Positions 14,481 to 27,454 of a stretch of 64,000 bases of DNA are shown piece after piece. The position numbers and the translations under genes were made by a program. The notes beneath the pieces were generated by a model, which searched no databases, was not told the origin of the DNA, and worked only from the letters and a program-made list of their open reading frames with translations. Source of the stretch: Lama guanicoe. Lineage: Eukaryota. The DNA is taken from NCBI GenBank assembly GCA_013239625.1, contig MU054323.1, positions 16,992,029 to 17,056,028 on the forward strand, written 5' to 3'. Within the stretch, counting starts at the first letter, position 1, and each line of letters starts with the position of its first letter.

Positions 14481-15075
14481 ATCAAAAAGATACACGCACC
14501 CCAATGTTCATAGTGGCTCTACAATAGCCAAGATATGGAAGCAACCCAAGTGCCCATCAACAGACGAATGGATAAAGAAGATGTGGTATAATATATATAA
14601 TGGAATATTTTACTCAGCCATAAAAAGGAATGAAATCCTGCCATTTGCAGCAACATGCATGAACCTAGAGAATATTATGCTTAGTGAAATAAGTCAGAAA
14701 AAGACAAATACTGCGTGATATCACTTATATGTGGAATCTAAAAAATAAATACAAATGAATATATATGCAAAACAGAAACAGACTCACAGATATAGAAAAC
14801 AAACTAGTGGTTACCAAAAGGAAGAGGAGAGGGAAGGGCGAAGGGCAAATTAGGGGTATGGGAGTAACAGATACAAACTACTATGTATAAAATAGATAAG
14901 CAACAAGGATATGCTGCATAGTACAGGGAATTGTAGCCATTACCTTGTAATCACTTTTAGTGGACTATAATCTGTGGAAATACCAAATCACTATGCTGTA
15001 CACCTGAAATTAATATAGTACTGTAAATCAACTATACTTCTATTTAAAAAAATAAAAATTAAAAATTAAAAAAAC
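14481..15075 (+). mobile_element. Younger 5'-truncated L1 3' end with poly(A) tail
   Basis: aaaagatacacgcaccccaatgttcatag...ccatttgcagcaacatg...A-rich tail; ccatcca repeated at both ends. Confidence 0.85.
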
Positions 15076-15094
15076 AAACAAACCATCCAACGCC

Positions 15095-15310
15095 CAGAGC
15101 ACAGGTTACAGAGCCAGGCTTTTCCACTTTCTACCTTTTGGGCCTTGGGCTAGTTACTTAGCCTCTCTGTGCCTCAGTTTCCCTATCTTCAAAGGGGAGT
15201 GAGAATAATATCTACCTCAGAGGGTTGCTGTCAGTAAACACGTGTAAGTCAAATACATGTAAAGTGCTTATAACAGTGACTGGTACCTATGAAGCACAAC
15301 ATGTTATTAG
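15095..15310 (+). mobile_element. MIR SINE (other MIRs near 5130-5290, 5440-5560, 8770-9000, 21050-21230, 29300-29460, 33460-33680)
   Basis: MIR core ttgggctagttacttagcctctctgtgcctcagtttccctatc. Confidence 0.75.
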
Positions 15311-16164
15311 ACACAATAAATCTTTTTTTTAAGCATTTAATTTTTGAAAAAAATTTACCAGACATATATATTGCTCCTTTTAGTTTTCCAAGGGAAATAA
15401 AGTTTATTGAAATTCCTCAATAAACTGCCTAGAATTATTTTTGCACCTTTAAATGGAGAACGTGTTAGTAGTGAAATATTCTCAGTAGAGACTGACATCC
15501 TCCCCCCAGCTCTGCTCCTACAAGGATGCGCCCCCTTCCGGCTGATTCCGGAAGGTGACTATCCTCCCTGGGGTCTGAGGAGTGGAGGAGCACTTTTATT
15601 GAGGGCAGACCAAGCCAGGTGCCAAATGACCTCTGGAATACCTCTTCCAAGACGGCTTCCATCATTCCTTGGTCCAGGGTAGGTGCCTCTTTGCCTCTTT
15701 TCCCACAGTGAGTAAGCACTACTTACTTACTTACAGAGGGCGCATTCCTCACTTTACACAGAAGTTCTCATCTTGTTTATCTCCCTGCAGGATGGCACCT
15801 AGTAAGGGTAGAGCATTGCCTTGTTCACTTTGTAACCCCCAGCACAGTGCCTGTCACCCCATTTGTTAAACCGAACTGAGTTTCAGCATCACCATGGGGA
15901 TAGAGGACCTCGTGCCTGAGCAGAGGGGAGATGAAACAAGAGGGCAGGAGAGGAAAAGGGGCCACAGGCAAATGCCATCTGCACTTCCACTTGGAGCCTG
16001 CCTTGCCCACCAAAACTTGAATCCTACCTCATTAAAACTATGCTGCCTAATTCCCCTCAGTGTACATCCCTGGCTCCACTCCCCAGTCATTTACTGAAGA
16101 TGCCCCTGAAGTACAATCCTGCCCTCCAAAACTTGAGACTGGTGAAAGAGATAAGCCTCATCAA

Positions 16165-17700
16165 AGGACATAATCAACACAGTGAAAAGACAACCGACGG
16201 AACAGGAGAAAATATTTGCAAATCATATACCCGGTAAGGGGTTACTATGCAGAATATACAAAGAACTTCTACAACTCAACAGTAATAATAATAATAATAA
16301 TAACAACAACCCAATTTTAAAGTGGGCAAATAATTTGACTAGACATTTCTCCAAAGAAGACATACAAATGACCAACCAGCATACGAAAAAATGCTCACCA
16401 ACACTGTTCATTAGGGAAATGCAAGTCAGAACAACAGCGGGATAACACCTCTCACCCATCAGGATGGTTACCACCCAAAAAAAACAGAAAATAACAAGTG
16501 TTGGCCAGGATGTGGACAAACAGGAACCCTTGTGCACTACAGTAAAATACTGTAGGCACTATGGAATATAGTATGAAGGTTCCTCAAAAAATTAAAAATA
16601 GATTTACTATATGAGTTTGTTTCCCCCCCAGTTCTCATATGTTGAAACCTTAACTCCCAATGTGATGGCATTTGGAGCTGAAGCTTCTGTGGAAGGTGAG
16701 GTGATTAGGTGATGAGGACAGAGCCCTTATAAAAGGGATTAGTGGCCTTATAAACCAGACCCCAAAGAGCTCCCTCACCCATTCTGCCACGGGAGGACAC
16801 GGGAAAAAGACAGTATTCTAAGATAAATGACAAGATCCTACTGTATACTACAGGGAACTATATTCAACAGCTTATAAGAACCTATAATGAAAAAGAATAT
16901 GAAAAAATACACATGTAAGTGTATAACTGAATCACTATGCTATACACCAGAAGCTAACACAACATTGTAAATCAAGTATACGTCAATTTAAAAAAATTTT
17001 TTTTAAAAAAGACAGTCGTCTATGAACCAGGAAGTAGATCTCACCAGACACCTAATCTGCAGCGCCCTGATCTTGGACTTTGCAGCCCCCAGAACAGTGA
17101 GAAATAAATTTTTGTTTTCTATAAGCCACCCAGTCTATGGTATTCTGTTATAACAGCCCAAAAAGGCTAAGACAAGCCAGCAAGTCCACTTCTGGGTATA
17201 CATCCAAAAGGATCCAAAGCAGGATATTTGAAGAGATATTTGTATACTCATGCTCATAATAGCACCATTTCTGATAGACAAGAAGTGGAAGCAATTCAAG
17301 TGTACATCGACAGATGAACGGATAATTAAAATGTATGTATACATACAATGGAATATTATTTATTCTCCAAAAAGAAGGAAATTCTCACACATGCTACATA
17401 AATGAAACTGGAGGACATTATGCTAAGTGACATAAACCAGTCACAAAAGTCAAACCCTATATGATTCCATTTATATGAGGTATCTAGAGAAGTCAAATTC
17501 ATAGAAACAGAAAGTTCACTGATGGGTAATAGAGGCTAGGGGGAGCAGAAAGTGGGAAGCTGCTTAATGGGTACAGAGTTTCAGTTTTGCAAGATTAAAA
17601 AGTTCTAGAGTTGATTGCACAACAGTGTGAATATACTTAACACTGTATATCTAAAAATGTTTAAGGTAATGAATTTTATGCGTTTTTTCACAATTTTAAA
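16165..17700 (+). mobile_element. L1 3' fragment interrupted by an MLT1A-like LTR (~16606-17174) that itself contains a short L1 3' end (16815-17005)
   Basis: ORF2-like [28 protein letters not shown]...[13 protein letters not shown]1A-like ends; inner insert has TSD aaaaagacagt at 16804-16814 and 17006-17016. Confidence 0.8.
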
Positions 17701-17734
17701 AAAGAAGCTAGATGCAAAAATAAATCTAAAGAGG

Positions 17735-17874
17735 TTTTTTTTCAATTTTGGGGGGTAATTAGGTTTATTTATTTATTCATTTATTTATTAATTTTTAAAT
17801 GGAGGTACTGGGGATTGAACCCAGGACCTTATGCATGCTAAGCATATGCTCTACCACTGAGCTATACTCTCCCC
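17735..17874 (-). mobile_element. tRNA-derived SINE (Vic-1-like)
   Basis: gggtaattaggtttattt...ggaggtactggggattgaacccagg...ctctaccactgagcta, same family as the other copies. Confidence 0.85.
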
Positions 17875-18067
17875 TGCAAAAAGTTTATGGAATAATGTAA
17901 ACTAGATGGAAGATAAAAGCATGATTTTGGGTTCTATAATTGCCCTCCAGCTAGTCCAGATTGGCTCATCTCTCTTTTTCTAAAGAGCGGGTCCCTTAAT
18001 CACTTCTTTGCCATATATTCCATACCTTTCCAGTTGCCTTTGATCCTTTAAGAGTTAAGGCTCTGTC

Positions 18068-18113
18068 TGCAACCACAGGATCCTATGCCGCCTTCCTGGG
18101 ACAGATCCCCCTC

Positions 18114-18120
<7 letters not shown>
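18068..18120 (+). repeat. LTR-start-like inverted repeat, left copy
   Basis: tgcaaccacaggatcctatgccgccttcctgggacagatccccctctgtcct aligns with the reverse complement of 20507-20559. Confidence 0.75.
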
Positions 18121-18460
<340 letters not shown>

Positions 18461-18464
18461 TTCT

Positions 18465-18858
18465 TTCACAGGGCGGACAGTACCAGAAACAGACACACCA
18501 GAACTAGATACCCACTGCTTGACGGCCTCTCAGGGTCGCAGTTCCGTAGGACTAGAATGGAAGACTTCCCACCTACAGACAGGGGTATAGAGAGCCTCAG
18601 TCTTAACAGGGGATTTTCCCAATCATCATTCAGCTGGTGCCAGATGGCCAAGAGACTCCTCAGCCTAGAGGAGAAAATCCAACTAAAACGGACTCCATTC
18701 AAAACCAGGTGACCAAGTCTTACACCTTTCCCCCCAAAAGGAAAATCTCCAATCAAGGCATCCCAGGACAGAAGTATACCGTGGTGTCCGCACACTCGAG
18801 GTTCAGCCACTTACCACAGATGTCTCACAGACCGGACCACACCAAACAGGACCAGCGC
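18465..18858 (-). mobile_element. Probable ERV (class I) 5' leader or internal fragment
   Basis: Non-coding segment between the two ANP32E pieces with a strong minus-strand splice donor (TGTG|GTAAGT near 18834) and leader-like composition; family not identified. Confidence 0.45.
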
Positions 18859-18999
18859 CCTGTTTCATCTTCATCCTCACCCTCCTCTTTTTCTTCCTCC
18901 TCTTTCTCAGTCCTTCAGGTGGACCAGCTTCAGCTCCCTCTTCATCTTCATCATCTCCATCTCTATCCTCCTCATCCTCGTCTGAGTCTCGCCCTTCGC
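18859..18999 (-). pseudogene. ANP32E: ANP32E retrocopy fragment 2 (start of the acidic tail)
   Basis: [29 protein letters not shown] then, after a frameshift, [24 protein letters not shown] is characteristic of ANP32E among the ANP32 paralogues. Confidence 0.85.
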
Positions 19000-19003
19000 C
19001 AAC

Positions 19004-20495
19004 ATGGCGGCGCCCATGTTGCCGTGCGTTTCCAGGGGTTGGTGGTTTGGTATCCAAGACGGGTCAGGAGTCTTGCCCCTGGGGCTGCGTGAGGTCCACT
19101 AGGGCGCTCCGGAGATGCTGGCGGTGCAGAGGGCTCAGGGTCTGTTTAAGGAGTTCTTCCCCGAGAAGGGTACGAAGACAGGGCTCCCAGAGCTCTCAGA
19201 CTGCCCAGCACGGTGGGCAACTTTGCCCAGACTGTGGCGGCATCGACACCACGGCCTACTCGCTTCATGTGGGGCATCTTCCGGCGTTGTCGGGCCTGTT
19301 TCACTTCCAGCGAGCGGACCACGAGGCGACAGCAGTGGTGGGAGACGCCACGATGAGCCTGGGGGACCCGCAGGCAGGCAGCCGTACCAAGGAGCGCAAG
19401 GAGCTGGACGCGGAACAAGCGCAAAGCAACGCGCGCGCCCTCTGCCGAGGGTTCAAGGCCGCTCTTCACTAACGGGCGGGCCCCGGGCGGCTTCACGGTG
19501 CTGAACAACTCAGCGCGGTACCAGAAGCTGCACCCGCTGGACTTCCTAGCGGCGGCGGGCAGCCGCTTCCGCATGGGCACGCTGCACAGCCGGCCGAGGG
19601 TGCAGACTCGCTCCAGAGCCCTGGGGGCATGAGTTGGGCCGAGTTTTCATACCAGGTGCGTCAGGCCTATGATTTCTATTACCTCTCCAGCGTTATGGAT
19701 GCAGGGTCCAAATGGGCGGATCTGATCAGCTGGGCAATGTCATGTCCGGATGCAAGTTCATTCACAAGTTGATTGGAGAAGTTGTGTTTGGAATTTCTAG
19801 TCCTCTATAACTGGAGCAAAACTGGGAAAGTGTCCTGGCAATGCTGTTTGGCCAAACAGGGAAAAGACAGCTCCATTTGGATTGTATGAGTTCTTTGTCA
19901 GGCAGCAAGATGCTTTGGTAGAAAGGTACCAGGAGCTCTTCATTTTCTTCCCCATCCAGAGATGACCACACAATGCAGCTGCATATCAGAGCCAGGTAAG
20001 CGGGGTCCTCAGAAACGACTTGCTGCAGAAGTAACAAAGCTTGTTCATGTACCAGGTCTGAACTCTGCTAAAAGGTGTGTTTATCAAAGTAGCATGGATG
20101 CAGTGGAGGTCATGTCTGATCAAGAGTTAAAAGAGGTTTGTTTTGTTTTTTAAAGAAGCTTCATTTTCTGAATTAGTTATTGACCCAGGAACAAGCGTCC
20201 TAGATACCTGCCGCAAAGCAAATGCCATTCCAGATGGTCCCCAGGGGTATCGGATGATAACAGAAGGTGGAGTCAGTACAAATCACAGACAAGTAACAAT
20301 CTTGAGAGTGTTTTAGTTGTTGGACAACATATTCTTAAGAATGGACTTTTGTTACTTAAAAATAGGAAAAAGGAATTTCTACATTATAAAATGGCTTCGG
20401 CTATGGTGAAAAATCCTTCTGGTGATTCAAATAAATTTATCCATCATTCATTCTCAAGACATGCTAACTTAACCTTTTGCTTATGCAACTCAAGT
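19004..20495 (+). pseudogene. YARS2: Processed pseudogene of mitochondrial tyrosyl-tRNA synthetase (full CDS plus start of the 3' UTR)
   Basis: ATG at 19004 (MAAPML...), [17 protein letters not shown] motif [29 protein letters not shown]-like [21 protein letters not shown], ends KRNFYIIKWLRLW* at 20409; intronless, premature TAG near 19100, several frameshifts and deletions. Confidence 0.95.
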
Positions 20496-20559
20496 AAGAG
20501 GCAGGCAAGGACAGGAGAATCTGTCCCAGGAAGACCCCATAGGGTCCTGCTCGGTTACA
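20496..20559 (-). repeat. LTR-start-like inverted repeat, right copy
   Basis: Minus strand tgtaaccgagcaggaccctatggggtcttcctgggacagattctcctgtccttgcctgcctctt; begins with TG and resembles the start of artiodactyl ERV1 LTRs as I recall them. Confidence 0.75.
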
Positions 20560-23500
20560 TGAGGACAAGAAGTTGCAGGACCATAGGCAGCACCATTCAG
20601 CTACATCAGACGTGCATGAAGGGGGTCGTAGAGCTGAGGTTGGAACATGCCCAACCATGCCCAGGACTCTTTTTCCGGGCGCATTTGGCTCGGTCTGCTT
20701 TGAGGAGGGATAGAGACAGCTGTGTGACCCTGCTTGGGACCTGTAGGTTAGCTCAGGCAGATCAAGCTGAGAACACTTAGGTTCGCTTGTGTGCTGGCAA
20801 GGAGCTATCGGTCTTGAAAGCAGGGTGCATTATGGTTTACCTTTTCCTTTGTCTCTAGACATAAAATTAGCAAAATTTCTCCTGCAGCCAATCACGGTTT
20901 TCTATGGGCTTCATACAGAAGCACCAGCTGTCTCTCCATGACTCAGATCACTCCACACAGCTCATTATAACCTAAGTGACACTAGCCAAAATGCACTGGC
21001 CATCTGTCCAGCCTCCCCTGAATCCCCATCACTGCACAGCCTGATGTTAGCAGAGGGAGGCCTGCTCAAAGGAAACAGATCTAGAGGTTAGCTCTGACCC
21101 CTCGCTTGCCATGGGACTTCAGACAAGTTAGTCTGAACCTCAAACTTGTCAGAAAAATAGGAATGAATACTATCTGCTCTAAATTAAGGATCAAATGAAG
21201 GAAATAATGTGCATGAATGTGCACTGAAGAGTGACACATGACACAGAAATGTAAGAAGCAGTGATGATGACATGTATCTTCATACACTGAATGCAGCTTC
21301 TCTCCTCCCCTGGAGACCCAGAGAATGGAAATGCAGAAGGCAGCAGACAGCATGTACATTCCGAGAGTGAGAAGCTGTGCACAAAGACACGGTAAATAAT
21401 CCTGCTGGCTTAAAATAAACACTGGTGTCACAAAAACACTGCTTCCAGCCCCCTGGAGTTTTGGGTCCTCCCTTTCTGTGTTCTACCTTCCTGCTCTTTC
21501 TATTTCTATGGCACCTGTCACCATGGTTTCTAAGTACTCAAATAAACACATCAAGTTGAAAACAGAGCCATAAGTGGGAAGACACACTCACTTCTCAAAG
21601 CTGAGCTTGGAAAAGGAGCAACAAGGTGGAAATGACTCCCCGGATGATGGAATCTTGAGATTTCATATGGGAGAAGAAGGGAAGCAAATACCAAATACCT
21701 ATCAAATGCCCACAGGGTGTGACACTTTATTCGCTGCCTGGAGATTCCGAGTAATGATCCCATGTTCCTTGCCTTCAAGGACTCACAGCCTCTAAGGCAA
21801 TATAGACTCTCCAAATATACCGCCAGCATAGGGACACAGGCTTGCACCAGGGCTTGTCCTTGCCAAAGGTGAACGGATGTACGTACAGATGAGAGCTCAC
21901 CTTCGGAAAAACACCAGCTCAGCCCAGAAGTGAAACCTCTGTCTCGTCTCATACTGTGCTGGGGCATCTGAACTAACGGATGAAAGCCATCACTATGGAG
22001 ATGTGTTAAAGGGAAGGGAGGGTGAGTAAAGACCTGCAGAATGGAGCAGGCAGAGCTAAGCAGGGACTGCTTGTTCCAAACTAAGAGATGATTCTTGTAT
22101 CTCATCATTGGATGCTGGCCCCTCTTGAGCCAGAATTTGTAAAAGTCTCAAATAACATCCAAAGAGAAGTCAGTCAGGTCCTTGGTTCTAGCTCCTTTTC
22201 TGCCATGATGTCATAAGATCATCTAAAGTGATGACTGAATCTTGTCTGATGACTGTGGAGTTACAGACCTTCAGAGTTGGATAAAACCCTAGAACCTTGC
22301 CCGTAATTTATGACCACGAGTCAGAATATATTTGACAAAACATCCTTATTCTGTTTCCAAAATCAAGAGGCTTTCAAAGGGGTATAGACTGAATGTGGGC
22401 ATCTGAGCTCTCAGGGACATGTGATGATTTATAGTCACTGTCATAGGCAGAATATTGAAAACAATCCTAAAAGCCTGAGACAAGGGATGGCAGGAATAGA
22501 CAGCTTTCCAGCGGGACATTCCGTCCCAGGCACCACCACGTGGTCAGAAGCACCTTCCTGAATATCTCCATGGGGGCTAGTTTTGCTCCTGAAGTAAAAA
22601 ATCCGCTTCCTAGTAACTTATTCCTTGGTCCCAATTTTGCCCTCTAATCCTATACAGAATAATATCTTCTCTTCCACAAATATTCTAAATATTTAAAAGA
22701 GAGACTGGTCTTTGCATGTCTTCTTTATTCTAAACCAAACATCCTTAGTTACTATAACCATTTCTTGGTTCCAGGCCTATTATCCGGGATAACCTTTTAG
22801 CTGACTGTATGCTAATGCACCACGCATCTTTTTAGGGAGATGGTTTGACCAGCGTGGTGGCACACATTAGCCATGAGGGGAAAGTCAAGGCTCCCTTAGT
22901 CCACCCTAGGAGAGGAGGCAGCTGGAATCTTGTTGAGGGTAGAGAGTTGGGCAAACATTCTTTTGGCCTCTTCCACTCTCCTTCTAAGGATCTCCATCCC
23001 TTGGAAGCACATGCCTTCAGTCTTGTCAAAAGGGCCGGGGCATGGGGATGGAACCTGCCCTTGCCAGCAGGACCAAGGTAAAGCCAGGTAAAGGAAATAG
23101 GGAGTAGCTGGCCTAGAGCAGAGCTCTAGAAACACTGTGGTCCCTTTGCCTGGGGCTTCTCATCAACCAAGTAAAAAGGTCAGCTAAAGGGGGCCAAAGA
23201 GACTTTTCAGCTGCCTTTGGCCTGGACTTAGTTTGAGGGAAAAGGAGTGCTGGAAGCTCACCCAGCCTTGAGGGCCAGCCAAGACCCAGCCATCTCCATC
23301 TCCTTCCAACAGAGTAATTTAAGCTGACCACCACCAAAGAGTAAAAGTATAGTACAGTGAGATGATTACAGCCCTTGGCCCAGGTGCTGTGCTGCTATTA
23401 ACACAAGCAACCATAGCATTTATCTTTTTACCCAGTTTCTCTACTGGCTCATATGGAAAGCACAGATTACAAGGGAAAAATGTTTTCTTAGATAAAATTA

Positions 23501-24208
23501 AACCTAGATCCTGCAAGGTTTAGCATCAGAAGGAGAAGCCAAAGAGGAAAGGATGACTATCTACAGAGCCCTGACTCCATCACTAACCTCTGGGTTCTCT
23601 CACTTCAGTTATCAAGTCAATACTGCACTGGTACTCAGAGGCTACAGCCTTCTGTCACAGCTGTAGTCTAAGAGTGGATGTCATGCCTTCCTTTGTCTGC
23701 TGGTTTTCTCTCAGCTCTGCTCTGCTAAGACCAAGTGGCACTGCCAGTATGGTGGTTGGCTCCAACATGGGTCATTTGTCCCCGGAGTTCACAGGCTCTA
23801 ACCCAACTTACTCATTATCTGAGAGGCCTATACACTTGCCCAAAGGGTCTGAAACAAGTCTTCACTAATCCCCTGTGGTTTCCTCATTTCTACACCATCC
23901 TCCAGCCCAGCCCCCAAGAGTTCCCTCATTGACAAGCTTGATATCCTCAACCTCTATGTGAGATCACCCACTCTGCAGCCCACCCACATTTTCCCTGCTC
24001 AGATTGCAGAACCAGATTTGAGAAATGTTCTTCCTCCTTGGTTTGTTCCAAATCAAGAGATGATGGAATAAATGACCTCACCCTTCAGATAGGATCCTGC
24101 CTTGTCATGGAGAGGTGTGCCCTTAAGCACAATAACACAATACTCACAAAGTAAACTAGATGGCCAATCTAGTCTTGGCCCAGGAAGGGTCCCCATGGAC
24201 ATGGGCCT

Positions 24209-24760
24209 TTATGGCAGTATCTCCAGGCAGGTCTGGATGAGGGATGAGGTCTTGCCCTCCCTCTGTGGCACCTGGGACTTGCTTCATGTAACAAGGGGTG
24301 CCAAGCAGCACATGGCCTGTGGCCTACAAGCTGAAGGGGGCCCAGCAGAGAGTTTCCTTCAGGATGGGCTTAGTCCCATAGCCATGCAGACCATAGGAAA
24401 GGGAGCATGTGCCATAGAAAGCTGCCTTCAGGTTTAGGAAGCCAGTGAGGTCCCGGAAATTCACCTTGGGCGGGTAGGAAGGTATACAGGTCTCACTGAT
24501 CTTCCTGGCAGGCAAATGGGAGAGGGAGAGTTGGTACCCAGACCCCTGCTCTGATGGGGGCTTCACCTTTTGGAGCACCATGCCCTCTGCCAGTGCCCCA
24601 AAGTACTCTTCTGCCTCTCCAGCTGTGCCATCTTCCTTCAGCACCAGGAAGAAGAACTGGTCTGCAACATCAAGTTTTCTCAGAACTCAGGCAGGAGGTC
24701 CTCAAGACTTGGGCCAGATGCCCTTCCACACACTCTGGTCTGCATCGCTTATTCCGTAGG
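24209..24760 (-). pseudogene. CIDEC: Processed, 5'-truncated CIDEC (FSP27) pseudogene
   Basis: ADQSVWKGI..SLEDLL, FLVLKEDGTAGEAEEYFGALA (CIDE-N EDGT motif), PPSEQG, LNLKAAFYGTCSLSYGLH, L*ATGHVLLGTPCY, SSLIQTCLEILP*; CIDE-N and CIDE-C are contiguous without introns; stops and frameshifts. Confidence 0.92.
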
Positions 24761-25024
24761 CGATCACACTTGCTCTTCACGTGCCTAAGATGACTGTTGT
24801 AAGGAAAAAACACAGTATGTCGTAATTCCAACCTTAGCACCTTTTCTAGAAAGAGGTAAGGATACAAAGAAATACACATGTACCTATATACAAAAATACA
24901 CTAATTGTGGTACTTGGAAATGTTAAAGAGCTCGTTTTAACAGTCCTTAGGCAAAGCACCCCTCTTAATTCCTGCCTGGAGAAGGTGGAGCAGGTTCCGG
25001 AGAGAGTCCTGCCTGTGTCTGAGA

Positions 25025-25380
25025 AGGCGGCTCGGCGGGAGCGCTCACTCCTGGCCCAGCTCCGCGGGACAAGACCTCAAACAAGGGTTAAAGGCCCATC
25101 TGCACCGGGCTTGTAACTACGGGGACCTCAACACCCCCTCGGCTTCGTCCTCGCGGGAGGGCGGCGCGCACCCACAGGCGCGCGGGATCCTACCGCCCGG
25201 GCCGCGCACCCCGCCGGGTTGAGGCTCCTGGCCACCAGGTGGCGCCACGCGGCAGCCAGAGCGCCGCTCCAGGTGCGGGTGAGGGGACGGAGGACCCAGG
25301 GTAACTGGCCTCCTGAGCCAGCCGACCCGACCTCACCCCGGGGGCCCGGACTCAACAACCAGGCTGGGGCCAAGGGGGAC
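25025..25380. promoter_or_regulatory. Small orphan CpG island
   Basis: Abrupt GC-rich, CpG-dense stretch (gcggcgcgca, ggcgcgcggg, gccgcgcacc) in a CpG-poor background. Confidence 0.8.
25229..25247 (+). promoter_or_regulatory. CTCF motif
   Basis: TGGCCACCAGGTGGCGCCA is a near-perfect match to the CTCF core consensus. Confidence 0.75.
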
Positions 25381-26728
25381 AGGCAGCTACAGCAGAATTG
25401 CTAAACAGCCTTGTAAAAAATTTCCACTCCACCCACCACTCCCAAGTCAATTTTAAAATAAAAAATAAACTGATAAGGGAACTTCTTGGCGACAACGTAC
25501 AGAACACCTTGGATACAGACAGCAACAGAGGTGCTATTTAAGAAGGAGCGTGGGTTCTGGAGTCTGCGTTCAAATATGCTTAACGACCTTGTGCACGTTA
25601 TTTCTTTAACCTCTGTATCACCTCATCGCCTTATCTGCGACTGCCGATAATTTGCAGTGTTTACCTCATGGGGTTGACAGGAATTAAATGAACTGATACA
25701 CCACATATGTGTGTATTTAATATATGTATAGATTGGACTATATACATATAAAATACATATATACCTATACATTATATAATTATATATGTATATAATATAT
25801 ATGAAGTTATATGCCAAGCACACAGTAAGTACCAATAATGTTAGCTATATTTTATATTTTACTATTCAACTTCTACAACCTATTTATTTTTAAAAACAGC
25901 TTTCATTCAAACAAGAGAAAGTCATAACTTTGGGGGTTTTGTTGTTAACTTTTTATATGGAAAATTTCAAATGTTCACAACAGTAGAGAAAATAGTATAA
26001 TGAACCCCCATGGACCTATCACTTGGTTTCAATAACTATCAACACATGATCAGTTGTTTCATCTGTACTCTGCATACTCTCCCCCAATCAGCTGCAAGTC
26101 CCAAATCTCATACCATTTCATTTGTAAATACTTGACTATTATACAGTACGTTTAAAGATCAACGTTTATTTAATATTGTCTACAAGCACAATCTGTTGTA
26201 TTCATCAGTCCAGAGATTTCCCTTAACACAAGAATCTTCTCCACACCAGCATGTGACACAGAAATTGGAACTGAATATTGAATCATTAATGAAAATTTTG
26301 GAGCAGCAGTTTCTCTACTGGAAAAGTATTTCTGCTTCTCAAATGTGTTCTCTCTCTATGGAAGGAACATTGTGTTCAGCCCCTGGCTCCCTCCCAGTGA
26401 GAATCCAAAGGCTGCTCTATTATCCATGGTGACCCAGCCCTGGCTGAATTACTGCAGTCTGTGAAGGAGATTTCTCCTAATTAGTCAGATTCCTGCACTC
26501 AGAGCAGAATATGATCCATTTTAAGAAGGAAACCACTTCTCCAGACCCTTGAAGATTTTAGGATATACGCCCTATACTTCCAGGTGGCACGGATTGGGAA
26601 GCACTGGAAACTTTGCCTAGAATGTTCCTTACACAGTGCCAGTGTCACTTTCACGCTGAAATTTTAACCAAGTTGCTTCCCTCAAGGCATTTTGGAACTA
26701 GCTTAACATTTTAAATTGTTGTCTTAAG

Positions 26729-27170
26729 ACACACACACACACACACACACCCCTGCCTAATATTCCTTACATTAGGAGCCCTTTCAGACAGAAGACGGAA
26801 ACCAAATAATAGGGTCTCATTCAACTGTATGCTTTTGAAATTCAGCACTACTGCTGACCGTTACATGAGTAGATGCTGCCTGACCAACAGTGCTGACGTG
26901 ATAAAAGGCAGATCAGCTGCACTTGGGGATATTTTCAGCTTCTCTGGAGATGGTTACCCTATATTCTGTATAATAACAACAGCAGCCAGCATCAGGGTGC
27001 CTCAGACCTTGAGAGTAATATTCATATTACTGATGATAAGGCACTTTCACCAAAGACTGTATTTAATCCTCACAGTCCTGTGAAGTTGGCATTATATCCA
27101 TTTTGCAAAGGAAGACACTGAAACTAAAATGCAAAAGAGTCCAGGGACACACACACACACACACACACAC
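26729..27170. repeat. Two (CA)n microsatellites (26729-26750 and 27147-27170)
   Basis: Read directly from the sequence. Confidence 0.9.
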
Positions 27171-27454
27171 CCTCAGACTTAACTCCAATTTGTAGCTTAA
27201 ATAGGCTGAGTGGATTCCCTCACTGAATCGGCAGTGCTATACAAACCTTAGTGCTGTTCTCTTATATTTATAAAGTAGACATCTGTCTTCCTCTCATTCT
27301 CAAAACAGGAAAAAAATGTGACCACATTAAATCAAGCAGAGAGACTGACTAGGCCTAGGGACATAATTCTCAATTCCTCCATTCTCTTTCAGCAAGTTGA
27401 ATGAGTTCTCTAGCATTCTCGAGCACAATTACACTTTTGACACTAGTGATCCCT

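Noticed and set aside
17878..18067. Possible extension of the cassette or an ERV coding region to the left
   Set aside because: No recognisable translation, and it lies outside the left inverted repeat; treated as flanking DNA.
18803..19057. 84-aa acidic/basic ORF (MDTKPP...RKRRKKKRR) as a novel nuclear protein
   Set aside because: It is a chance read-through across antisense YARS2, frameshifted ANP32E acidic tail and the ERV-like segment; the NLS-like run is the shifted frame of GAG/GAA repeats.
19047..20153. YARS2-like ORFs as a functional synthetase gene
   Set aside because: Homology jumps between frames, with a premature stop and deletions, so this is a pseudogene.
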